Positions 18,508 to 25,905 are shown, counted from the stretch's first letter. The stretch: 40,358 nt of DNA from Pirellulales bacterium (GCA_044336925.1 JBIIOM010000003.1:1-40358), one strand, 5' to 3'. Notes: a model not told the origin generated them from the sequence alone. Numbers and translations: made by a program.

Positions 18508-19434
18508 CTACTCGGCGGCGGCGGCGGGCTCGAGCTCCTCGGCGGCCGCTCCGCCGGGCTGCTTGGAGTGAAGGAACGCGGCGGCCCGGCTGGCGGCGGC
18601 GGAAGCGGTGAATATCGCCCGCTTGTCGGCCTTCATGATCTTCAGCCACGACGCCAGATATTCGGCGTGGTCTTCGCGGGGCTGGGGCTCAATGCCAAGA
18701 TCGGCGGCCAAGAACGCGGCCCCCAGTTCGGCAATGAGCTCCTCGGCCGCGTATTTGTTTTCGCCAAATCTCGACGAGAGATCGCGGGCGAGGCGGGAGC
18801 CGTGGCCGGTCCAATGCACGAGCTCGTGGGCAAGCGTCGCCGCGTGGTAGCCCGCATCCTCAAAAGCGGAGGCATCAGGCATCTGGACATAGTCCGCGGA
18901 CGGGTTGTAATAGGCGCGGCCGCCACCCTCGCGAATATCGGCGCCGGTATGGCCGAAAAACTGCATGGCCGCGGCGATCGGTTGCACGTCGCCGGCCGGC
19001 CGCTCTACGGCCGCGGTGAAGTGCTCCGGCAGCCCTTCACACTGTTCGGCATTGAATACCGCATAGCTTTTCAGGAACGGGATTTCACGCTCTTGGGTTG
19101 TCCCGTCGGCCCCCTGCTCCTCTTTCTTGAAGACGCCAGCGTAGACGACGGGCGTGGACTTCTCGCCCTTCTTGACGTGGCCGCCGAGCTCGCGGGCCTG
19201 ATTGAACGTCAGCCAGAACGGGCAGGAATAGCCGCCGGCCTCCGCGGCCATCCAGAGCACGAGAACATTGACGCCGGAGTAGGGTTGCCCGTTGTGGCGG
19301 AGCGGCCGCGACGCGGCCCCGGTTGTCCATGGCTTGTGCCACGGGGCCACGTCGCCAGCTTCAAGCCGGGCAACAATGGCATTGGTCACGTCAGCGTAAA
19401 CGTCGCGGCGGGTTGTGGTGCTGGTCGTCTTCAT
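18508..19434 (-). CDS. ardC: ArdC-family antirestriction protein (ssDNA-binding + zincin domain)
   Basis: DVY..VT..I...LE.G..PW.KPW, YSGVN...LW, W.TF.QA..LGG.V.KGEK, VFN.EQ, HEL.HWTGH..RL.R, YA.EEL.AELG, YL.SW. Confidence 0.92.
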   Translation of the reverse strand: MKTTSTTTRRDVYADVTNAIVARLEAGDVAPWHKPWTTGAASRPLRHNGQPYSGVNVLVLWMAAEAGGYSCPFWLTFNQARELGGHVKKGEKSTPVVYAGVFKKEEQGADGTTQEREIPFLKSYAVFNAEQCEGLPEHFTAAVERPAGDVQPIAAAMQFFGHTGADIREGGGRAYYNPSADYVQMPDASAFEDAGYHAATLAHELVHWTGHGSRLARDLSSRFGENKYAAEELIAELGAAFLAADLGIEPQPREDHAEYLASWLKIMKADKRAIFTASAAASRAAAFLHSKQPGGAAAEELEPAAAAE

Positions 19435-19549
19435 CTTTGAACCTTCTTGGGTTGTGGCGGGTTGTCCGCCGGGTTGTGTGTCGGGCGACGTGCCCGGCCG
19501 CACGGTGCCCGGCCGCCACGAGCGGCGGCCGGTGGCCGTGGGGCCGCGG

Positions 19550-19744
19550 CTACTTGGCGGCCGCCCGCATCGCCTTGACGAGCTCGCGGGCCTCTTGCCG
19601 GTCGTCACACGTCGCGACGTGATGCCGGGCACCGTCGGGCGTGATGCTTTCGATTTCGTACCAGCAGCACGCGCCGCGGCTGCGGGGGTCTGCAATGCGG
19701 ATGATGCGGTAAACGGTCGTCGGGTTGTGGGGCGTGTTATCCAT
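19550..19744 (-). CDS. Hypothetical early protein (64 aa)
   Basis: AGGAGCCCC RBS before ATG 19744; operator-containing promoter upstream. Confidence 0.6.
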   Translation of the reverse strand: MDNTPHNPTTVYRIIRIADPRSRGACCWYEIESITPDGARHHVATCDDRQEARELVKAMRAAAK

Positions 19745-19765
19745 CGTCGGGGCTCCTGTTAGGGG

Positions 19766-19794
19766 TATATCGTCAATCGGCAATAAAGACCTAG
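19766..19794 (-). promoter_or_regulatory. Third early promoter/operator copy
   Basis: Exact TTATTGCCGATTG (19774-19786) followed by ACGATATA; weaker -35. Confidence 0.6.
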
Positions 19795-20387
19795 AACGGG
19801 GCAAATCGCGGCCTTCCCATCGTGGGATGGCGGCGGAAGTTTTCGGCGGCTGACCGCGGGACAACCCACGAGCGGCCAATACGCTGGCCGGGCACGCGGC
19901 CGGCCTTCACCAGTTGGCGGAGCCATTGCTCCGTCACGTCGGCCAGAGCGGCGGCGGCCGGCAGCGGCAAGAGCTCGTCGGCCGTCGGGGCTGCGGGGGC
20001 AATTTCAGCGGCGGCCCGATTGATGGCCGCGGCCATCGTTTCATCGGCCGTCGGCAGCACCGGGGCCGGGGCCGTCACGAGCTCGTAGAGGGCTGCCGCG
20101 GGGTCGTCCTGCCCTAGTTCGGGAATGTCGGTATTCGCGAGCTCGCGGGCCACGTCGTCGAACGCCCGCAGATTGGTCTGGTCGCCGATGGTAACGGCGT
20201 GCCGATTGGCCATCTTGAACGTGCCCCCGTGCCGATGGCCGAGCGCAGCGTAGGCAATGCGGCGGGCCTCAAGCGTGCGAGCGATGCCCATAGTCTCGAG
20301 CTCACGCATTTCGGAGTAGATCGCGCGCACAACGGACCAATCGAGGCCCATTTCCGCGGCGGTCTGCTTGTGCTTTTGAATGTCCAT
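19791..20387 (-). CDS. Protein with C-terminal HTH_17-like DNA-binding domain
   Basis: AAALADVTEQWLRQLVKAGRVPG.RIG.SW...GRPR, paralogous to 17737-17964; GGAG RBS at ATG 20387. Confidence 0.8.
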   Translation of the reverse strand: MDIQKHKQTAAEMGLDWSVVRAIYSEMRELETMGIARTLEARRIAYAALGHRHGGTFKMANRHAVTIGDQTNLRAFDDVARELANTDIPELGQDDPAAALYELVTAPAPVLPTADETMAAAINRAAAEIAPAAPTADELLPLPAAAALADVTEQWLRQLVKAGRVPGQRIGRSWVVPRSAAENFRRHPTMGRPRFAPF

Positions 20388-20407
20388 GTCTCGTCTCCCG
20401 ATGCCCA

Positions 20408-20464
20408 ATATTATCAATCGGCAATAAGTGTGCAAGGGCTGGAATCTAAAAAAAGTTTTTCGGG
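20408..20464 (-). promoter_or_regulatory. First leftward early promoter with 13-bp operator and UP element
   Basis: Minus strand TTGCAC-16bp(ACTTATTGCCGATTGA)-TAATAT; A/T tracts upstream. Confidence 0.75.
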
Positions 20465-20588
20465 CAAATTTCTAGCCAGAATTCCGGCGGGCGTGAGTTT
20501 CGCCCGGAATATTCCCAACTGGACACTTTGGCGAAATCGAAAAACGCCATCGGCCATCCCCCCCGATAGCGGGGGCGTGCTCGCCCGT

Positions 20589-20840
20589 CGTGGCCGATGG
20601 CCACGGGATCGACCGCCGGGCCGGGCAGGATGGCCGACGGACGCGGCCACGAGCGGCGAGGGGCTCGAGCATCGGGCGACGATGGCCGGGCGACGACCTG
20701 CCCGGCCCGGCCGACGATGGCCGGCCGTCGGGGCTCTAAGTTGTGGGTTGTCGGGCCGGCCGACGGGCGCGAGTATTTCGATTCCGAAATACTCGCTTCC
20801 CCCGCTGCGTGGGGGGTGGCACACCCCGCCGCGTGGGGGT
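20589..20840. repeat. Cluster of inverted and direct repeats in the largest non-coding region
   Basis: 15-bp IR 20615-20629/20697-20711; 12-bp perfect hairpin 20769-20796; CGTGGCC-GAT-GGCCACG 20589-20605; CCCCGCyGCGTGGGGG twice. Confidence 0.8.
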
Positions 20841-20872
20841 GACGCAAAACGCTACACCCCACCCGGCAGGGG

Positions 20873-20920
20873 GGGTCCTTCCGCCTCCTCCGCCGCCCTG
20901 CCCCCGGCTGCGAACTCCAC
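20873..20920 (+). other. Putative cos/packaging site (lambda cosQ-like GGGTCCTTCC)
   Basis: GGGTCCT is the lambda cosQ heptamer; phage has gpA-type terminase and lambda-type portal; lies in the large intergenic gap. Confidence 0.45.
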
Positions 20921-21020
20921 TTTAGCGTCGAGTCCGTGCGCGCCCTGCCAAATTCTTCGACTGCTAGACCGAAAAACTTTTCACGCGTAGGATTCGACCC
21001 ACCCAAACGAGGAGCGTGAA

Positions 21021-21452
21021 ATGATGCGAATTCTCGCGGTAATCGCCCTGCTTCTGCCGGCGCTCTCGGCCGCCGACGAGCCGAAGCGGGCCGGAATGGT
21101 CGAAGCGAAAACGAAGGCCGTCGAGCCGAAGATCGACAAGGCCGTGGCGAGGATGCAGGCGGCAATCGCCCTGGTCGAAAACGACGAATGGCTCGCGGAA
21201 ATCGCCCACGATGCCGCGACGACCGGCCGCTACAAGACCCCGAAGCTGCCGGACGGCGTGGTCGTGACCGTCATCATCCACGAATCGTCTGAAAAAAACC
21301 CTTTCGGCCGTATTCCGACGCCGAAAGCACGCGGAAACGGTGCCGAAATGATCCAAGTGGCCTACAAGGTGGCCGAGGGCAAGCGCGGCGCAAAGCGGGC
21401 GATCATGTGGGTCGACAAGCAAAAAATCGACTACAAGCGACTCAGGCCGTAG
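21021..21452 (+). CDS. Secreted/periplasmic protein (moron-like)
   Basis: Signal peptide MMRILAVIALLLPALSAA; GAGGAG RBS; converges on integrase. Confidence 0.7.
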   Translation: MMRILAVIALLLPALSAADEPKRAGMVEAKTKAVEPKIDKAVARMQAAIALVENDEWLAEIAHDAATTGRYKTPKLPDGVVVTVIIHESSEKNPFGRIPTPKARGNGAEMIQVAYKVAEGKRGAKRAIMWVDKQKIDYKRLRP

Positions 21453-22344
21453 GTCGGCCCATCGCCGGCGGCGGATCGACGCCGAGCGGCCGCGGAAATA
21501 CGCGATTTCGGGCGACAATCGTCGGGTCAACGTAACTGTCGTAGGCGATGCGGCTGCCCGGCGCGTGCCCCAACTGGACGCTCGCGGCCCCCTGCTGCTG
21601 CAGTTCGCAGTCGGTCGAGCTCGAGCGGCGGAGCCACTTCCACGTCCCGGGCCGAATCCCGGCCTTGAGCACCAGGCGGTCGAGCTGGTCGAGGAACGTC
21701 TCCCGGCTCGACGGCCACGGGACAACTAGCGGGCGTTGACATACGTCAAGCGATGCCCGAAGGGCCGCCATAGTGGCCTCGGACAGCCGGAACGTGACGA
21801 CGCGGCCCGTTTTGCTCTGCGTCCATGAGGCGAACCCGTCCGGCCGGATCGCCGAGACGGGAATCGCGATCAAATCGCCCCACCGGACACCGGAATCCCA
21901 GGCGACGCGGACGGCCAGATCCCACCAGACGCTCCGGCGGAGCCCGCACTTGTGCCACCGCGGCAGCGTGCGGCAGGCGGCCAGCAACTTCTCGACCTCC
22001 TCGAGCGTCCAGCACTGGACGACCGGCCTCGCACACCGGACGGAGCGAATCCTCCGCCCTGGCGGCTCGCAGAGCCCCTCATCGGCGGCCGCCCGCCAGA
22101 GGGAAAGCACTTGGGCCTTCTTTGAGCGGACTGTGTACGGGCGTACAGTTGCCGCGTAATCGCGGAGCCACGCCGAGACGCTCTGCGTATCAAGTTCTTG
22201 GAGTGGGACAGGCCCACCCGCCCACCGCTCGAAAAGCTCCGCCGCCATGCGGTACTGGCGAAGCGTCTCAGGTCGGCAGTCGTGGAGCAGGCCGTAGTCG
22301 CGAGCGTAGTCGCCCAACGTCCGCGGGCCGGAGCGGCAATACAT
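21442..22344 (-). CDS. int: Tyrosine recombinase / integrase
   Basis: G.R.GD (R), SKTG (K), WLRR, LGH, SY (Tyr); adjacent to the tRNA-derived attP. Confidence 0.85.
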   Translation of the reverse strand: MYCRSGPRTLGDYARDYGLLHDCRPETLRQYRMAAELFERWAGGPVPLQELDTQSVSAWLRDYAATVRPYTVRSKKAQVLSLWRAAADEGLCEPPGRRIRSVRCARPVVQCWTLEEVEKLLAACRTLPRWHKCGLRRSVWWDLAVRVAWDSGVRWGDLIAIPVSAIRPDGFASWTQSKTGRVVTFRLSEATMAALRASLDVCQRPLVVPWPSSRETFLDQLDRLVLKAGIRPGTWKWLRRSSSTDCELQQQGAASVQLGHAPGSRIAYDSYVDPTIVARNRVFPRPLGVDPPPAMGRPTA

Positions 22345-22552
22345 GGTTGCTAGTCAAGGCTATGCCCTCGCCTGGTCCGCCAGACCCGTCGAGGACTCCC
22401 CCACGGCGAGCATCCTGCCGCCGGGTGATACCGCCATCTTCCAGATGGTTTCCTGCCGGTCAAAACCCCCGCAAAACCCGAATGTCCGCTACTCGGCACC
22501 GTTTGTCAGAGCAGTTGAATTTCAGTTCTGTAGATCGTTTTTTCGGTTCCAG

Positions 22553-22606
22553 TAGAGCATCGGTCTACGGAACCGAAGGTTGCTGGTTCGAGCCCAGCGG
22601 GGTGTA
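22553..22606 (+). other. attP core: 3' two-thirds of tRNA-Arg(ACG)
   Basis: TAGAGCA-TCGGT-CT-ACG-GA-ACCGA-AGGTT-GCTGG-TTCGAGC-CCAGC-GGGGTGTA; 5' acceptor strand and D-arm 5' half absent. Confidence 0.85.
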
Positions 22607-22675
22607 TTGCCGTCAGTGAACCCTACGGGTCGCGTGACGGCTAGGCAAATTGCGTAGAGTTCACGGAGGAGTCGA

Positions 22676-22909
22676 ATGGTCAGCAGGCACCCGGGCGGCA
22701 GGCCGCGGCAGATCAAGGTGTGCGAGCTTGGCAAGCGCATCGAGCAGATGGCGGCCACCCGAGGATGGAACCGCTCCGACCTTGCTAGCCGTGCTGGCAT
22801 CACGCCCGTCTCGATGTGGGCACTGTGCGTCGGCAAGTCCAAGCCAAAGTTTGAAACGATCTGCAAGATCGCAGACGCTCTCGGCGTCCCAGTAACAAAG
22901 CTGCGGTAG
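22676..22909 (+). CDS. XRE/Cro-C1-type HTH transcriptional regulator
   Basis: LG.RI......G....DLA.RAGI....M......K.KP...TI.KIA.ALGV; GGAGGAG RBS. Confidence 0.88.
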   Translation: MVSRHPGGRPRQIKVCELGKRIEQMAATRGWNRSDLASRAGITPVSMWALCVGKSKPKFETICKIADALGVPVTKLR

Positions 22910-22933
22910 ACGCTTTTTCAGAAAAATTATCTC

Positions 22934-22978
22934 CACCTAAAAACTCCTGTTGACTGAGTTATTAGGTGTGCCTATGAT
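22934..22978 (+). promoter_or_regulatory. Rightward sigma70 promoter with operator-like inverted repeat around -35
   Basis: TTGACT(22950)-17bp-TATGAT(22973); CACCTAAAAACTC / GAGTTATTAGGTG 12/13 IR. Confidence 0.8.
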
Positions 22979-23089
22979 CCCCGCCATGCGATGCCGATTG
23001 CCGGCATCACGACCCCATGGCGAGGGACCGCCGGATGGCAAGCAGAGAAGACAAGCCAGCGGCCTCCCTCATTTCGCAAGGAGGCCGAA

Positions 23090-23308
23090 ATGGAATTGCA
23101 GGACAGCAATGCAGGTCGCAGGGGAGGAAAGTTTCGCCCTGTCGAGGATCCCACGTTGGAGCAGATCGCCGAGCGCTGCTTGGAAGTTCAGGCCAAGTGG
23201 AGCGAGCGGGAGAAGCTGAATCGCTCCGGCATGACTCGGTTTCTGTGGCGGCCGCAGCGTATCACGTTCGATCTCGAGCGAATGTCTGTGCAAGAGTCAT
23301 TCACCTAG
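23090..23308 (+). CDS. Hypothetical protein
   Basis: AAGGAGG RBS; DPT.EQI.ERC..VQ..WS..E...R. Confidence 0.7.
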   Translation: MELQDSNAGRRGGKFRPVEDPTLEQIAERCLEVQAKWSEREKLNRSGMTRFLWRPQRITFDLERMSVQESFT

Positions 23309-23430
23309 CCGAAAGCCTTGCCCGCCGCGCCCATCTCTGCCAGGGGTGTGACGCTACCGCACCCCTGGCGAGCTGGGATTCGGCCCATCTTGACCTCGAC
23401 CAGCGAATCACGGCCAACGACCCGGCTGCC

Positions 23431-23652
23431 ATGTTCGACGTGATCGTCGAGGCCATCTGGGAGTTGGGCGAAATCCGAGACGCGGTCGACCGCGACCTCG
23501 TTTCACCGTCGGGGCCGCTGATGGGTGGCCGCGGGACGCTCGCGAGGCTCGCGGAATTGCGCGAGCGGGCAGCGGGCGGATTCGCATTGTTCGCACAAGG
23601 AGACGGCGGGCTTGGAGGCCAGCCGGAAGGAGCCGCAGAGGAGCGGCGTTAG
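23431..23652 (+). CDS. Hypothetical protein (start uncertain; frame open further upstream)
   Basis: GT.ARL..LRERA..G..LF...D C-terminal motif; fills the operon gap. Confidence 0.45.
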   Translation: MFDVIVEAIWELGEIRDAVDRDLVSPSGPLMGGRGTLARLAELRERAAGGFALFAQGDGGLGGQPEGAAEERR

Positions 23653-23710
23653 CAGGATTGACGGCCGGCAAGCCAAGGCAGGCAAGCCGGCAGTTAGCAA
23701 GGAGGCGATC

Positions 23711-23938
23711 GTGCTGGTTCTGTCGAGAAAGCCTGGCGAGTCGTTGGTGTTCCCAGATTTGGGCATCAGCGTCTTCGTCTGTGAGACGCGAGGCGATCGC
23801 GTCCGCCTGGGCATAGTTGCCCCCGACGGCGTGCTCGTCCTCCGCGACGAAGTCTTGCAGCGGATTCGCCTTGGCGAGCCGCTGCGTCAAAGGCCGTCCG
23901 ATGGATCGGGCGGAAGGAGCGTGGCACCAAAGGAGTAG
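23711..23938 (+). CDS. csrA: Carbon storage regulator CsrA/RsmA homolog
   Basis: MLVLSRK.GESL......I.V.V....GDRVRLGI.AP..V.VLR.EV; AAGGAGG RBS, GTG start. Confidence 0.88.
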   Translation: MLVLSRKPGESLVFPDLGISVFVCETRGDRVRLGIVAPDGVLVLRDEVLQRIRLGEPLRQRPSDGSGGRSVAPKE

Positions 23939-23940
23939 CT

Positions 23941-24168
23941 ATGGGCCAGTGGGACTCAGAAATGAGGTCGGCGGTCGCCGTGAGGCTTCTCGCGAAGCAC
24001 ACAAGGACGACCGCGACGTTGATGGAAGTGATGCGGGCGGCGGAAAAACTGGCAGCGGAAAGCCGTCCGGTCGCTCGCGGGATTTACGAGATCAAGCCGG
24101 AATCGCTCTTGAGCCTGCGGACATCGCTGGCGGCGGCCCGGCAACACATGGAAAGGGATTCCAAATGA
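23941..24168 (+). CDS. Hypothetical protein
   Basis: 75 aa, AAGGAG RBS, coupled to the next gene. Confidence 0.65.
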   Translation: MGQWDSEMRSAVAVRLLAKHTRTTATLMEVMRAAEKLAAESRPVARGIYEIKPESLLSLRTSLAAARQHMERDSK

Positions 24169-25082
24169 CAATTTCGATTCGCAAAGCAAAGCGGTCGGCC
24201 ACGAAACTGCGACTGCTCACGACCGGCCCGAGTGGCGCCGGCAAGACCTACGGCAGTTTGCTCGTGGCCAAGGGGCTCGGCTGCAAGAACATCGTCGTGA
24301 TCGACACGGAGCAAGGCTCTAGCGATCTCTACGACACGCTGGCTGACTTCAATGTCATCGACCTCGCCCCGCCGTTCACGCCGGAGCGATACATCGAGGC
24401 GATACAGACGGCGGAGCAGGCCGGGGCCGACTGCATCATCATCGACAGTATTTCGCACGAGTGGAACGGCAAGGGTGGCTGCCTCGAGCTGGTGGACGAG
24501 ATCGCCAAGGCGAAATTCAGGGGCAACACTTGGTCGGCCTACTCGGAAATCACCCCGCGGCACCGGGCCTTCATCGACGCAATGCTGCGGTCGAGTGCCC
24601 ACATCATCGCGACCGGGCGGGCGAAAACTGAGACGGCGCAAGTCGACGACGGGGGCAGGAAGAAGGTCGTCAAGTTGGGCATGAAGCTCGAAAGCCGCGA
24701 CGGTGCGGAATACGAATTCACGCTCTGCCTCGACATCGTCCACGACGGCCACTTCGCGGTGGCAAGCAAGGACAGGACGGGGCTTTTCGGCGGCGACCCG
24801 AAGCCGATCACGGAGGAAACCGGCCGACGGCTCGCGGCGTGGCTGGCCGGCGGCGAGTCTCGCCAGCCGGAGCCGGAGGCCAAGGGCGACGACGGTCTTT
24901 TCAAGAAGGCGGCCGACGCGATCGACGCGGCCGACTCCGTCAAGAAGATCGCCCCGATCTCGAAGCGGATCGACGCCCTGGTGGCCGACGGCACGCTCTC
25001 GAGCGAGCAGTGGTCGGCCCTCACCGACAAGGTCGACGCCAAGCTCCGCGAGCTGACGGAAAGCGAGGCTTCGAATGTCTGA
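24165..25082 (+). CDS. AAA-family ATPase, Sak4-like phage recombination protein
   Basis: Walker A GPSGAGKT, IDTE.GS, IIIDSISHEW, EYEF....D, KDRT motifs. Confidence 0.85.
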   Translation: MTISIRKAKRSATKLRLLTTGPSGAGKTYGSLLVAKGLGCKNIVVIDTEQGSSDLYDTLADFNVIDLAPPFTPERYIEAIQTAEQAGADCIIIDSISHEWNGKGGCLELVDEIAKAKFRGNTWSAYSEITPRHRAFIDAMLRSSAHIIATGRAKTETAQVDDGGRKKVVKLGMKLESRDGAEYEFTLCLDIVHDGHFAVASKDRTGLFGGDPKPITEETGRRLAAWLAGGESRQPEPEAKGDDGLFKKAADAIDAADSVKKIAPISKRIDALVADGTLSSEQWSALTDKVDAKLRELTESEASNV

Positions 25083-25905
25083 GCACTACGAAACATTCGT
25101 TTCCGTCGCCATCGACTACCTCTCGCAGCGGAGCGTCTCGCGACACTACTCCGAGAACGTCACGCGGATCGCGACGCGGGCCGGGGCGATCTCAACGGAG
25201 CGGGTCAACGCGTTCCTCAAGTGGCGTCTCGAGCAGGTTTCCACCGTCACGGCCAAGGCCGAGCGGGTGGTGCTGCTCTCGCTCTGGCGGGCCGCCTACG
25301 AGGCCGGCAAGGTGAACGACCCGCCGCGAGGCGTGTTGCGGATCAAGGCAAAGCGGCCGCCCACGCGGGCGTGGACCGTCGAGGAAATGCGGAGGGCCAT
25401 CGCCAAGACCGACGAGGTCCGCGGGCGAACCCTGCGGAACGGAGCCGATCTCGGTGCGTTTCTCAAGTGCTGGCTGCTGCTTGGCTACGAGAGCGGTGCC
25501 CGGCGGGGCGACATCTTCTCGTTCACAAGCCAGCACCTCGACGGCGACGTGCTCCGCTGGACGATGGCGAAGACGGGCGACCCAATGACCAAGCATCTGT
25601 CGCCGGCCTGCCTGCGGGCTTGCTGGGAAATGCTCGAGCAATCGCCCGATGGCAGCATTTTGGCCTGGGTCGTTCAGCGGCGTCGTGCGGCGATTCTGCT
25701 CAAGGAGCATCTAGACCGCTGCGGCATGGTGGGCTCGAGCAAGTTCCTGCGGCGATCTGGGGCGACCCATATCGAGATTGAGTCGCCGGGCCTCGCCACT
25801 CGCCATCTGGGCCACAGGACGGCGGCGCTCGCCAGCCAGGCCTATCTGGATTGGGGCCAGATTCGCAAGTGCAGCCCGCAAACCCCCGTGCTGGTGGCGT
25901 CATGA
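25075..25905 (+). CDS. Second tyrosine recombinase-family protein
   Basis: SGARRGDI (R), AKTG (K), FLRRSGAT, HLGH, AY (Tyr); paralog of 21442-22344. Confidence 0.82.
   Translation: MSEHYETFVSVAIDYLSQRSVSRHYSENVTRIATRAGAISTERVNAFLKWRLEQVSTVTAKAERVVLLSLWRAAYEAGKVNDPPRGVLRIKAKRPPTRAWTVEEMRRAIAKTDEVRGRTLRNGADLGAFLKCWLLLGYESGARRGDIFSFTSQHLDGDVLRWTMAKTGDPMTKHLSPACLRACWEMLEQSPDGSILAWVVQRRRAAILLKEHLDRCGMVGSSKFLRRSGATHIEIESPGLATRHLGHRTAALASQAYLDWGQIRKCSPQTPVLVAS

Larger units (their letters stand above)
16416..20751 (+). repeat. Dispersed co-oriented heptamer GGGTTGT (ACAACCC in mRNA sense), 18 copies
   Basis: Copies start at 16416, 16663, 16980, 17374, 17389, 18006, 18020, 18401, 18423, 18432, 18902, 19095, 19410, 19449, 19459, 19471, 19722, 20745; one inverse copy at 19861. 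Confidence 0.85.

Noticed and set aside
18508-19695. 395-aa ArdC with long N-terminal extension as given in the ORF track
   Set aside because: Family homology begins at Met 19434; the extension runs through the repeat spacer and overlaps the 19550-19744 gene
16416-20751. CRISPR or mini-array interpretation of the repeats
   Set aside because: Repeats are only 7-20 bp, irregularly spaced and partly inside CDSs; no cas genes
22530-22610. Complete tRNA-Arg gene
   Set aside because: Upstream sequence cannot pair with the 3' acceptor strand GGGGTGT and the D-arm 5' half is missing; it is better explained as an attP core
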